A DNA stretch of 64,000 nt from a plasmid, in sequence record NZ_CP072215.1; one strand, written 5' to 3'. Position 1 is the first letter of the stretch, and each line of letters begins with the position of its first letter. The translations under genes were made by a program, and so were the position numbers. Shown one piece after another: positions 30,010 to 39,894 of this stretch. Below the pieces are notes generated by a model. It ran no database searches and was not told the DNA's origin. It saw only the letters and a program-made list of their open reading frames with translations.

Positions 30010-30333
30010 ATGAAAGCAATAAGAACAAAAGAGGTGAATGAGAACGTCAAAGCGGCGAACAGTTGTTTGCGTAAAGCGAAATGGCAGGCTAAGGAATTGG
30101 CTGTTTTTACAGGTGAAGTAGTGCGTCTGATGGATAAGGAAGGGCATTCTCTACAAGGGTTCTTTAATCGGGTGGAGTTTGTTCTGGTGGACGGCACTAT
30201 TAAATTCCGTGTAGTTATAAATCCTATTCTTGAATGTGAGAACTGTATAATGGCTTCTTGCCATGAAGACTATCTTTATGAGGTGGTCTCGGTGGAAAAG
30301 TTTACCTATAAAAATTATAGGTATCATTTGTAA
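30010..30333 (+). CDS. Hypothetical protein
   Basis: 107-aa ORF. Confidence 0.4.
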   Translation: MKAIRTKEVNENVKAANSCLRKAKWQAKELAVFTGEVVRLMDKEGHSLQGFFNRVEFVLVDGTIKFRVVINPILECENCIMASCHEDYLYEVVSVEKFTYKNYRYHL

Positions 30334-30686
30334 TGATATTGTATTTTAATGATTATAAACTGATTTATATTATAACAATGATGGGCAAAATTAATAATAT
30401 TCCCGTTTTGAATGAAGATGTTATTCGTTTGGTTGTACTCAATGAGGAAATTATTGGGTATATCTATCCACGAAGGACTTCTTATGTGGTGGCATTGGAG
30501 ATAAAGCCGGGACGTACTACCTCTTTGGCTACATCTGTCAATAAACAATGCATGGTTTTGTTGAGTGATAAGGTTCGTTTGGCCACGGAACAGGATTTCG
30601 ATGATTTTCATATATGCTTTGATGGTTTCAGAAATAACACTATGTATTGTTATAATCAGGGAACGGAACCTATATACCTTCAATGA
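30333..30686 (+). CDS. Hypothetical protein
   Basis: 117-aa ORF, start overlapping the upstream stop. Confidence 0.4.
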   Translation: MILYFNDYKLIYIITMMGKINNIPVLNEDVIRLVVLNEEIIGYIYPRRTSYVVALEIKPGRTTSLATSVNKQCMVLLSDKVRLATEQDFDDFHICFDGFRNNTMYCYNQGTEPIYLQ

Positions 30687-30789
30687 AGCACATTCTCCCT
30701 TCTTTTGGATTAGGGAAGGGAGGGTATTTTGCTGTCCGCTACTTTTTGGCAAGCACCCCAAAAAAGTAGCAAAAAACGCTTGGAGTTAC

Positions 30790-31485
30790 TGGTAATCCCA
30801 TTAATTTGCGTTCACGCAGTATTCTTTCCCACCCTCCCCTTCATCGGAATGACTGTTCTCATTCCCGGTTTACCCGTAATCATCCGCTATGCGGCTGATT
30901 ATGGGTAAACCGGAAAAGAGAAGTTCCAAACGTGGGCGGGATTGCAATGGTCATCATCCGGAGCTTCGGCATTGCCGAAACAACCTCCTTCTTCCGTATT
31001 GCAGTCCCTTCCTTTTACCGTTTGTCCCGGCAGTCCGTTGCTAACCCGTTCCCCCCTGTCACTTGTGGCAGGGAGATAGGAGTATGGTTTTGCTTGCAAA
31101 ACCGTATGGCTTGTTTTACTTTCCGTACTGCCCTTTTCCTTGTTTTCTGCCTCCCCTAATGTGCTTTTTTCATAGCTCCATCTGAGAGCCTTTGTTTTTG
31201 AACGGCAAATTTATTTCGGTGGATGGATACGAAAGAGTTCCGGTCTTCGCCCTTTGTACCGAAAAAAATAACGCCGGACGGCTTCGCTGTCCCCAACATT
31301 TTTTGTCGTCCAAAACTTTTCTTAATCCCTCCTTCCTTATTGATGCGTGCCGTAAAAAAAAGGCTCATAAACTCAGATGGGGCATGAAAGCTCAAAAAAA
31401 AAGTCGGCAGAAAGAAAAGGCCATCCCGGAAAGGGGTTTAAAAAAAGGTCTTTAAATCTAGCTGAAGCATAAGTTTAATTTTAAT
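30790..31485 (+). repeat. Conserved structured non-coding leader element, copy C2
   Basis: See copy C1. A perfect stem CCGGTTTACCC...GGGTAAACCGG is present in this copy. Confidence 0.85.
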
Positions 31486-31497
31486 AGATAAAAGACT

Positions 31498-32064
31498 ATG
31501 GCACATCAGAGTAAATATCCTAGTTTAGACAGACAATGGCATAAGATGATGTTTTCTTTCTTTGAGTATCTTCCTATGCAATATCGGCAGGCAACGGAAA
31601 GAGAATGGCAAATTCGTAAGATGATATGGAGTTTTAAGGATGGAAAAGCTTATTTGAATATAGCTTGGATGATAGCGAATAAGTTACATCAAGTTTTTGG
31701 TGATGATGTTAAGAATATTGTTTTTGCTTGTGTTCCGGCTTCTTCCGCTGATAAGAATGAACTTCGTTATAAGGGGTTTGCTTCGGCTGTGTGTAAGTTT
31801 TCAGGTGCTATCAATGCGTATGAACATATACGTGTCAGTGGAGATCGTTTGGCTATTCACGAGAAATTTGACAGCAAGTCGCTTCAAAAAGTACAAGTGA
31901 TAGAATTTGACAAGGACTTTTTTCGGGGTAAGAAAATCTTGGTATTTGACGATATTTTAACAAAAGGGTTTTCGTATGCTCGTTTCGCATGTCAGTTGGA
32001 AAAAATAGGAGGTGAGGTTTTGGGAGGTTTCTTTTTAGGTAAAACAGTTGTCCGTATGTTATAA
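31498..32064 (+). CDS. Phosphoribosyltransferase (type I PRTase) domain protein
   Basis: PRPP-binding loop (KILVFDDILTKG) near the C-terminus. 188 aa. Confidence 0.6.
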   Translation: MAHQSKYPSLDRQWHKMMFSFFEYLPMQYRQATEREWQIRKMIWSFKDGKAYLNIAWMIANKLHQVFGDDVKNIVFACVPASSADKNELRYKGFASAVCKFSGAINAYEHIRVSGDRLAIHEKFDSKSLQKVQVIEFDKDFFRGKKILVFDDILTKGFSYARFACQLEKIGGEVLGGFFLGKTVVRML

Positions 32065-32680
32065 GATGAAAGAAAAAGAGAGTTATATAGAGAAGCAGAA
32101 GGATATCTTTGGAGATACTACTTGGTTCACTTATCGTTATGAGGTGAATGGAATGGTGTATGAAACTTCGGCAGGTTCGTTGGATATATGTAGAAAGGCA
32201 CGTGATAAATGGATGAAAATGATGTCCGTTGCTTTTACCGGTCATAGAACGATACGAACAAATAAATATGCTTTGTCCGTATCGTTGAATGAAGAGGTAC
32301 GTTTCTGCTATGAGAATGGAATCCGTTTTTTCTATATTGGTTGTGCGGTTGGATTTGACATGATGGCTGCTCATACCGTACTTGAACAAAGGAAACAATA
32401 TCCCGATATGGTTTTGGTGGCGGTTGTTCCTTATGTCGGGCAAGATGTGTATTTCAACAAAGAGGACAAACAGAGGTATGCTGATATTTTGCGCCAAGCC
32501 GACAAGGTGGTAGTTCTATCCGAATATTATTATGCCCAATGCTATGCCCACCGTAATGATTACATGATTTCACACGCCTGTAGGCTGATTGCCTATTGGG
32601 ATGGAAAATCTGCCGGAGGAACTTCTTATACGTTTAACAAGGCACAAAAAAAGAAATTGGTGATATACAATCTGTTTTGA
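32048..32680 (+). CDS. SLOG-superfamily (DUF1273/YpsA-like) protein
   Basis: FTGHR motif, a Rossmann-like GxxxG region and a WDGKSAGGT motif typical of DUF1273/SLOG. Overlaps the PRTase gene's 3' end. Confidence 0.55.
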   Translation: MSVCYKMKEKESYIEKQKDIFGDTTWFTYRYEVNGMVYETSAGSLDICRKARDKWMKMMSVAFTGHRTIRTNKYALSVSLNEEVRFCYENGIRFFYIGCAVGFDMMAAHTVLEQRKQYPDMVLVAVVPYVGQDVYFNKEDKQRYADILRQADKVVVLSEYYYAQCYAHRNDYMISHACRLIAYWDGKSAGGTSYTFNKAQKKKLVIYNLF

Positions 32681-32845
32681 TTCAGATTGTATATCGTTGT
32701 TTTCCAGCGGTATGATCAAACGTGGCGATGTCATACTGTCTGGTTGCTGTAAGTGCTAATACTTCCGATGCAAAAGAGAAAGACACAATAAATATGAAAA
32801 GCAATGATAGATGAATTTTACTTAATTGTTTTACCTTTGTAAAAC

Positions 32846-34165
32846 ATTAGTGTCCCATTAAAATTGGGACGAATTAAAAATTAAATAAACTTGGCCCATT
32901 TGGTCCGAATCGTTCTTTGTCATTTTGAAATTTAGTTTTATCAAAGAGGTCTCTCAGATGAGTCTTATCAGTCAATGAGATGCTCAGTATTTGTAACACT
33001 TCATATGTACTTCTGTTCAGTTGCATATCGTGTTGAATGATTGCCACCAAACAGTAAGCGCATATAGCAGCATATATCTGTATTCGAACAGCATTCTCTG
33101 TAGTTCCCCAAAATCTTTTGATTTTAAGGTGCTGCTTGAGCCATTTGAAAAACAGCTCTACCTGCCAGCGATTTTTATAAAGTTCAGCAACTTGAAGCGC
33201 AGATATATGCATCGCATTGGTTATGAATGTAAATTCTCGTTCTTGTTCTTCATCCCAATATTTAACCAATCTAAGTGGCTCTGGATAATATTGTTTAGGA
33301 TAGAATCCTGTCAGAAATACACTTGCGTCTGAAAGCACATTCTTAGGCAGCCTACGTTTCCATTGGATGGATTTGTACCCGAGATTCTTTTTTGCTCTGA
33401 CAACAAAGTAGGCTTCAATTTGATGAATTTTATACAGTATTTTGAAGTTGTTATAACCGCGGTCAAAGATGTAATAAGAGCTTGGTTCATAAGGAATTTC
33501 AATCATAACTTTAGAATCGTGTACGGATGCTTCCGTGATATGAAAGAATGCAGGAATCTGTGTTTCCACATCATATAATGTATGCACTTTGATACCACCT
33601 TTCTTTTTGCGGAATTTTGCCCACCAAAAGACTGAAAGGCACAGGTCAATAGTAGTCGAATCGAAAGCATAAACGTTACCGCCAAGTTTGAAAATATGAT
33701 TAGCACACTTTTGTCGTGCTTCGCTAACCAGGTAGTAAGCATATTCTTCAAAGATGTGATAGTCTCTATCTTGATTTGCTCTTGCCAGCGATGACTTTGA
33801 TACATTTTTACCCATTCCTAAATGATAACATTTGGAATGATGAGCTTCAAGAGCAACTATCAAATCTCGCAGACTTTCACGATTAGAAAGTTGACCAAAC
33901 ATCAAAGCAAGTAGTTGATTCCAGCAGGTGAAGTGCTTCACATATTTATCACCATCATACTTGGTGACTATGCGGTTAAACTTACTTCGATTCAGAAATG
34001 AAGCCAATTGAGCGAAAACGTATTTGTCTTGGAACATATGCCATCGGATTAATCTGATGCAAAGCTACAAATTCAAGTCCGTTCGCTCGGAAAATCGCTG
34101 TAACTAACTAAATTTCAAATATTTCAAAGAACTCTTTTAGATTTTAATGGGACAACAATGTTTGT
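32846..34165 (-). mobile_element. IS4-family insertion sequence, complete with 20-bp imperfect terminal inverted repeats and a 9-bp TTTGTAAAA target duplication
   Basis: IRL CATTAGTGTCCCATTAAAAT at about 32846. IRR is ATTTTAATGGGACAACAATG at about 34146, matching 18 of 20 positions. TTTGTAAAA flanks both ends. Confidence 0.75.
32874..34037 (-). CDS. IS4-family DDE transposase
   Basis: 387-aa ORF filling the IS. DDE-type transposase with the IS4 family YREK-like C-terminus. Confidence 0.85.
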   Translation of the reverse strand: MFQDKYVFAQLASFLNRSKFNRIVTKYDGDKYVKHFTCWNQLLALMFGQLSNRESLRDLIVALEAHHSKCYHLGMGKNVSKSSLARANQDRDYHIFEEYAYYLVSEARQKCANHIFKLGGNVYAFDSTTIDLCLSVFWWAKFRKKKGGIKVHTLYDVETQIPAFFHITEASVHDSKVMIEIPYEPSSYYIFDRGYNNFKILYKIHQIEAYFVVRAKKNLGYKSIQWKRRLPKNVLSDASVFLTGFYPKQYYPEPLRLVKYWDEEQEREFTFITNAMHISALQVAELYKNRWQVELFFKWLKQHLKIKRFWGTTENAVRIQIYAAICAYCLVAIIQHDMQLNRSTYEVLQILSISLTDKTHLRDLFDKTKFQNDKERFGPNGPSLFNF

Positions 34166-34473
34166 AAAAGGTAAAACAATATGCGTTTTTCAGATACAGA
34201 GAACAATATGACCTTTTGCATAGGTGTGTGTTGGTTAGGAACTCCAAATATGGAGTCGTTGCAGAAAATAATGATGAACTTGAATATTATTGATAAGGAT
34301 GGAAACAATGGAAGCTAATGAACTGATGCGATATGCCTATGAATTACTGCAAGGGCATTCGAATGAAGAATGTGCCCGAATATTAAGAGAAGTGGTGGCC
34401 GAGTGTCAGGTGTGTATAAAGAACTGTGAAGAAGGTGTTTTCGAAAATATGCTAAAGTAATAACAACAAGAAT

Positions 34474-34923
34474 ATGGAAATTACTCATAAAAATCAAGGA
34501 GAACTTGACTCAACCATGCTCCCATTCGTGATGAGAGAGCTGGTAGAACTGGTCATGAAGAAAAAGGCATTGCCTTTAGGCGATGCACTGTATTATATAT
34601 ATTCTTCCAAGTTGTATAAATCTTTGCTGGATAAGAGTACCAAGTTATGGTATTCAAGTACATTGTCGCTTTATGAAACATTGGAGAAGGAAAAAACAGA
34701 AGAAAAACGACGGTATAACGGTGACACGAAGATCCTGCTTTTCAAGATGTTCTGCATTGAGAATTATAGGGAGGAAAAGAAACAAAGTGCGGAAGAAACC
34801 TTGTTGTTGTTTTCGGACTATGGGGTTTTTGATTTTTTGGATGAGACTTTTGAAATGCTTCATACCCAAGACCCCGAATATATATTAGATACTATAACGA
34901 CTTATATCAATAAAAGAAAATGA
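34474..34923 (+). CDS. DUF3791-like protein
   Basis: 149 aa, translationally coupled (ATGA) to a DUF3990-like gene. This pair commonly occurs together. Confidence 0.5.
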   Translation: MEITHKNQGELDSTMLPFVMRELVELVMKKKALPLGDALYYIYSSKLYKSLLDKSTKLWYSSTLSLYETLEKEKTEEKRRYNGDTKILLFKMFCIENYREEKKQSAEETLLLFSDYGVFDFLDETFEMLHTQDPEYILDTITTYINKRK

Positions 34924-35402
34924 GACTATTTCATGGATCTACAGTTACCGTGAAACGCCCTAATATACAGAAAGGACGGAAGGCTACGGACTTTGGGAAG
35001 GGATTTTATACGACAACCAACTTTGAACAAGCAAAAAAATGGGCTTTGTTGAAGAAGAACAGGGAACAGAGCGAAAAAGCAATCGTCTCTGTTTATGAAG
35101 TTCCCGATGATATTCTTGATAGGGAATATCCGGTTCTTCGGTTTATGGGTGCAACAAAAGAATGGCTGGAGTTTGTTGTCAACAACCGCAGAGGAAGAGA
35201 AAACGGTGACTATGACCTAATAATGGGGCCTGTCGCAAATGACCAGTTATATGCGACAATTCGGCTTTATGAACAGAGAGTTGTTACGGCTGAAGCCGCT
35301 ATTGAGATGCTGAAAGCGCATAAGTTGTTCAATCAGCTTTCATTTCATACGGTAACAGTCGCTTTGTTGTTGAAGTTTGTTGAATCAATTGAAGTGGGGT
35401 AA
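34920..35402 (+). CDS. DUF3990-like protein
   Basis: 160 aa with the MRLFHGST N-terminus typical of DUF3990. Confidence 0.5.
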   Translation: MRLFHGSTVTVKRPNIQKGRKATDFGKGFYTTTNFEQAKKWALLKKNREQSEKAIVSVYEVPDDILDREYPVLRFMGATKEWLEFVVNNRRGRENGDYDLIMGPVANDQLYATIRLYEQRVVTAEAAIEMLKAHKLFNQLSFHTVTVALLLKFVESIEVG

Positions 35403-35460
35403 AGAATATGTGAAGTGAAAATAGGGGGAAGTTTATCCCCCAATGGTAAGGTTGTTTTTT

Positions 35461-36270
35461 GCGTCCACTTAGTTTTTTCCCACCCACCCTTTCAGCGGAG
35501 TGACTGCCCGGCAGTCTGTTGCTTACCCATATGTCCTAGCCTTTTAGGGCTGTAGATAGGTAGTTGGATATTTCGCTGCCAAATCGGCAGTCCGCTTCAA
35601 TCGTTTGCTTGCTTTTCTCCGAGTGGAGCCTTTCTGCTTTTCCGGTGGTGTAATCTTCTTTTATTGGAAACAGGTGTAGTGGCTGTATGCCTGTGTGGTT
35701 ATGTTCTCCCGCAGAATCCGCAAGTCAGTTCTTCCGTTGCAGCTTTTCATTTTATCGTGCAGTCACTTTTTTCGATACGTGGAATATGATATGCTTCATT
35801 CTTCGGCTTCATTTTTTTAAAAGGAATTGCAGATGTTTCTTCCGGTGTGTCGATAGGCGGCTGACCATCTTTTCGGGATGTGCCATGCTTGCTGTCTAAC
35901 CGGTTGTTTTTTGCATCCTTTCCAAACCTGTTACTGATTTTCAAGTTTTGTCTTTTTCATATCATTTTTTAGGGAAGTCAAATCATTTTCCGTTGCAAAT
36001 ATAGATTGTTGCTAACCCCTTTTACGGGGATAAGGGGACGATTCACAAACACCACGTTGTTATTCGTCTGAAATCTTCCTTTTTTTGCCTTGCACAAAAA
36101 GCGTATTTAACCCGAATTATTCGTTGCCATCTTCACCAATAAAAAAGTTACAAATCTTCCTTTTTCCGGCCAGCATAAAAAGAGTATTTATATCTTTTTT
36201 CATGGTGTCCCCCAAAGCCAACAATCAGTTATTGCACTGTAAAATTGATTAATTAACTTCTAAAAAATCA
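35461..36270 (+). repeat. Leader-element family, variant A (direct repeat of 38495-39460 with an internal deletion)
   Basis: More than 95% identical to the B copy over about 800 bp. The 5' end (TTTCCCACCCACCCTTTCAGCGGAGTGACTG) is homologous to the start of the C copies. Confidence 0.85.
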
Positions 36271-36610
36271 GAGATATGAAAAAGATTGAAAATTCATTCG
36301 CAGTAACAGGCAGGATTTGTAGGGATGCAGAAATCCATTTATTCGAAATAGTAAAGGTTGCACACTTCTCTATTGTGGTCAGTCGCATAGGCAAGATAAA
36401 TGAAGAAAAAACATTTGTTTCCTCTGTTATGAAAGTTGAAGCCTAGAGTAAGATGGAAGACCGCTATGCTTTTTGGATACTGCAAAAAGATGTACTGATT
36501 ACCGTTGAAGGCTACTTTAAGCCGGAAGAATGGACGGATTCTAAAAGTGGGGAGAAACGTAACCGCATTGTGATGGTAGCTACTAAGTTCTACCCGACTC
36601 CGGAAAAATA
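36270..36610 (+). pseudogene. ssb pseudogene (in-frame stop)
   Basis: Aligns with the 39460-39858 SSB gene. Reads MKKIENSFAVTGRICRDAEIHLFEIVKVAHFSIVVSRIGKINEEKTFVSSVMKVEA and then TAG. Confidence 0.65.
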
Positions 36611-36780
36611 AGAACCCCCGGACTAAAAAGAAAAAGCAATCAAACGATTGAAGCGGCACAAGGTCGCTTCAATCGTTTGCTAATGCGGCAGAAGATTATA
36701 AAAAAAGTGTTTCTTAATTTGGTGATTTTCAGATTTATCGGTATTTTTGTATCAAAAATGATACCTAAATATGTTTTTCT

Positions 36781-37119
36781 ATGAAAAGATTATATGATAC
36801 ATATACAATATACGAATTTTCAGATGAATGTATTGTAAAGGAAATCTGCAAGAGAGTTAAGTCTATAAGACTTAGCTGCTGTTTTTCCCAGCAAGAATTT
36901 GCGGATAAGGCAGGAGTATCTATCGTTACTATTAAGAGAATAGAATCTTGTAAAGTAAGTGATATTGCCCTAAGTACATTGCTTAAGATTTTGCGTATAA
37001 GTGGAACTCTTGAAGGCGTTGTCGGTTTGGTTCCGGAACTTCCAGACTCCCCTTTCCTAATCAATGAAAAAACAGGTAAAAGAATACAAAGAATTAACGG
37101 TAAACGTAAGATGGTATGA
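36781..37119 (+). CDS. hipB: XRE/HipB-type HTH antitoxin
   Basis: HTH motif (QQEFADKAGVSIVTIKRIE). Stop overlaps the hipA start. Confidence 0.6.
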   Translation: MKRLYDTYTIYEFSDECIVKEICKRVKSIRLSCCFSQQEFADKAGVSIVTIKRIESCKVSDIALSTLLKILRISGTLEGVVGLVPELPDSPFLINEKTGKRIQRINGKRKMV

Positions 37120-38393
37120 AGAAAGAGCCGATTATAGTGAATGTATATCTGTGGGGGACTTGCATTGGCAAATTGAATTGGGACTTTGAAAAGCATTGTT
37201 CTGTATTCCAATTTACGGATGAATATAGGAAACAAGATTATGATATATGCCCTTCCACACACCCTAAGAGAACCCCTTTGTTTGCGTCTTTCTATGGGAA
37301 TAAAGATAAATTATATCAAGGGCTTCCGGAATTTCTTGCAGATGCGCTTCCTGACAAATGGGGGGCTTCCCTATTTGACCAATGGCTCACGGATAATAAT
37401 ATAAAGGTTACGGAATCATTGCCTCTATTGAAGCTCTCTTATATTGGCAAGAGGGCTATGGGAGCATTGGAATTTGAACCGGAATTTAATGATGATGCCA
37501 TCCATGAGTCAGTAAATATGTCATCATTGGCAACTTTGGCTTCTAAAATATATAATGATCGAGATGCTGCTGTCATATCACCGGAGGATAGCCTCACGAT
37601 GAAAAAGTTGATATATCTTGGAACTTCTGCCGGTGGCATGCGCCCGAAGGCAGTGATTGCCTATAATCTCGAAACGGAAGAGTTTCGTTCCGGCCAGGTG
37701 GATTTGCCTGAAAATTTTAAGCAGTATATCATCAAATTTAAAGAAGCAGATGACTCTCCTACCACAGAGATAGAAATGGTATATAGCGAAATGGCAAAGG
37801 CGGCGGGAATCAACATGATGCCATGCTTCCTGAAAGAAATTGATGGAAGAAATCATTTCGTAACGGAAAGATTTGATCGTAAGAATGGAGAAAAGCTCTT
37901 TAGTCAGACCCTTGCGGCCATTATGCCGGGTGCAGATGATTATATGAAGCTGTGTTGGATAGCAGAGACTCTGAAACTTCCCCAGGAAGACAAAGATCAG
38001 ATATTTATCAGAATGGTATTTAATTATGTCGCAGGTATATCCGATGATCATAATAAGAACATATCGTTTATCATGGATAAGGCAGGGGTATGGCGTTTAT
38101 CACCTGCATATGATGTAATGTTCACGGCAAATACATGGGAAAATTCTTCAGCACACATTCATTCGATGGGCGTGATGGGCAAAAGGTCTGCCTTGACTAC
38201 AAGTGATTTCGTCAACTTTGCCGAGGATTTTGTAGAGGAGCCCGAAAAGAAGATATTACAGGTGTTCGATGCTGTAAGCAAATTTCAATCGTTATGCGCC
38301 ACGTATGGCATAGATAAGGCTATATTTGATAAAATCCAACATGTATTGGATGGATTGGTCACTGATGATTTGGATTTGCTGCAATTAACTTAA
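37116..38393 (+). CDS. hipA: HipA-family serine/threonine kinase toxin
   Basis: HipA N- and C-domains, with the catalytic loop DDHNKN. Confidence 0.8.
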   Translation: MKKEPIIVNVYLWGTCIGKLNWDFEKHCSVFQFTDEYRKQDYDICPSTHPKRTPLFASFYGNKDKLYQGLPEFLADALPDKWGASLFDQWLTDNNIKVTESLPLLKLSYIGKRAMGALEFEPEFNDDAIHESVNMSSLATLASKIYNDRDAAVISPEDSLTMKKLIYLGTSAGGMRPKAVIAYNLETEEFRSGQVDLPENFKQYIIKFKEADDSPTTEIEMVYSEMAKAAGINMMPCFLKEIDGRNHFVTERFDRKNGEKLFSQTLAAIMPGADDYMKLCWIAETLKLPQEDKDQIFIRMVFNYVAGISDDHNKNISFIMDKAGVWRLSPAYDVMFTANTWENSSAHIHSMGVMGKRSALTTSDFVNFAEDFVEEPEKKILQVFDAVSKFQSLCATYGIDKAIFDKIQHVLDGLVTDDLDLLQLT

Positions 38394-38494
38394 AGAACAG
38401 TAGATGGTGATAGTTGCTCCAGTCTTTTCTGGAACGGCTTTCTTTTCTTTTGAGATCTTTATACCCCTATTTGTTATTTTGGAGAAAGTCACAT

Positions 38495-39459
38495 GTTTCC
38501 CACCCACCCTTTCAGCGGAGTGACTGTCCCCGTTTCAGGATTTCTCATAGTCACTCGCAGGCTCCGTGATTGTGTGAAATCCAGGAATGGGGAAGGCAAA
38601 GGAGAGAGGCATATCCGGTCTGCTTTCGGAGCTTCGGCCACATCGAGACAACCTCTTTCCGGCGGCTATGCCACTCTCCTTTTATTTGCCCGGCAGTCTG
38701 TTGCTTACCCATATGCCCCAGCCTTTTAGGGCTGTATATAGGTAGTCGGATATTTCGCCGCTAAATCGGCAGTCCGCTTCAATCGTTTGCTTGCTTTTCT
38801 CCGAGTGGATGCCTTTCTGTTTTTCCGGTTGTATAATCTTCTTTTTCCGGAAACAGTTGTAGTGGCTGTATGCCTGTATGGTTATGTTCTCCCCGCAGAA
38901 TCCGCAAGTCTGTTCTTCCGTTGCAGCCTTTCATTTTATCGTGCAGTCACTTTTTTCGATACGTGGAATATTGTATGCTTCATTCTTCGGCTTCATTTTT
39001 TTAAAAGGAATTGCAGAGGTTTCTTCCGGTGTGTCGATAGGCGGCTGACCATATTTTCGGAATGTGCCATGCTTGCTGTCTGACCGGTTGTTTTTTGCAT
39101 CCTTTCCAAACCTGTTGCTGATTTTCAAGTTTTGTCTTTTTCATATCATTTTTTAGGGAAGTCAAATCATTTTCCGTTGCAAATATAGATTGTTGCTAAC
39201 CCCTTTTACGGGGATAAGGGGACGATTCACAAACACCACGTTGTTATTCGTCTGAAATCTTCCTTTTTTTGCCTTGCATAAAAAGCGTATTTAACCCGAA
39301 TTATTTGCTGCCATCTTCACCAATAAAAAAGTTACAAATCTTCCTTTTTCCGGCCAGCATAAAAAGAGTATTTATATCTTTTTTCATGGTGTCCCCCAAA
39401 GCCAACAATCAGTTATTGCACTGTAAAATTGATTAATTAACTTCTAAAAAATCAGAGAT
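38495..39459 (+). repeat. Leader-element family, variant B (full-length relative of variant A)
   Basis: Contains an extra roughly 170-bp internal segment homologous to the C-copy core (GGAGCTTCGGCC..CGAGACAACCTC). Confidence 0.85.
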
Positions 39460-39858
39460 ATGAAAAAGATTGAAAATTCATTCGCAGTAACAGGTTTTAT
39501 CGGTAAGGATGCAGAAATCCGTAGTTTTGAAACAGCAAGCGTAGCACGCTTTTCTATCGCGGTCAGCCGTGCAGACAAGACAGGTGAAGAAACCTCTTAT
39601 GTTTCCGCTTTCATGGGGATTGAAGCCTGGAGAAAGAATGAAGCACTGGATTCCTTCGATGTATTGAAAAAAGGTGAGCTGATAACCGTTGAAGGCTACT
39701 TTAAGCCGGAAGAATGGACGGATTCTAAAAGTGGGGAGAAGCGTAACCGCATTGTGATGGTAGCCACCAAGTTTTATCCGGCTCCGGAAAAAGAAGAAGA
39801 AAAACCGGATCAGCCTAAACAGAAGGCTGTCTCTAAAAAGAAAAAAGCAAGCAAATGA
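39460..39858 (+). CDS. ssb: Single-stranded DNA-binding protein (OB-fold, short form with Lys-rich tail)
   Basis: OB-fold SSB-like core (ITVEGYFKPEEWTDSKSGEKRNRIVMVATKF). Confidence 0.7.
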   Translation: MKKIENSFAVTGFIGKDAEIRSFETASVARFSIAVSRADKTGEETSYVSAFMGIEAWRKNEALDSFDVLKKGELITVEGYFKPEEWTDSKSGEKRNRIVMVATKFYPAPEKEEEKPDQPKQKAVSKKKKASK

Positions 39859-39892
39859 TTGAAGCGGCCTAGTGCCGCTTTTTTTTGCTACA
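39858..39892 (+). terminator. Rho-independent terminator after ssb
   Basis: GC stem (AAGCGGCC-TAG-TGCCGCTT) followed by a run of 8 T. Confidence 0.6.
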
Positions 39893-39894
39893 TA

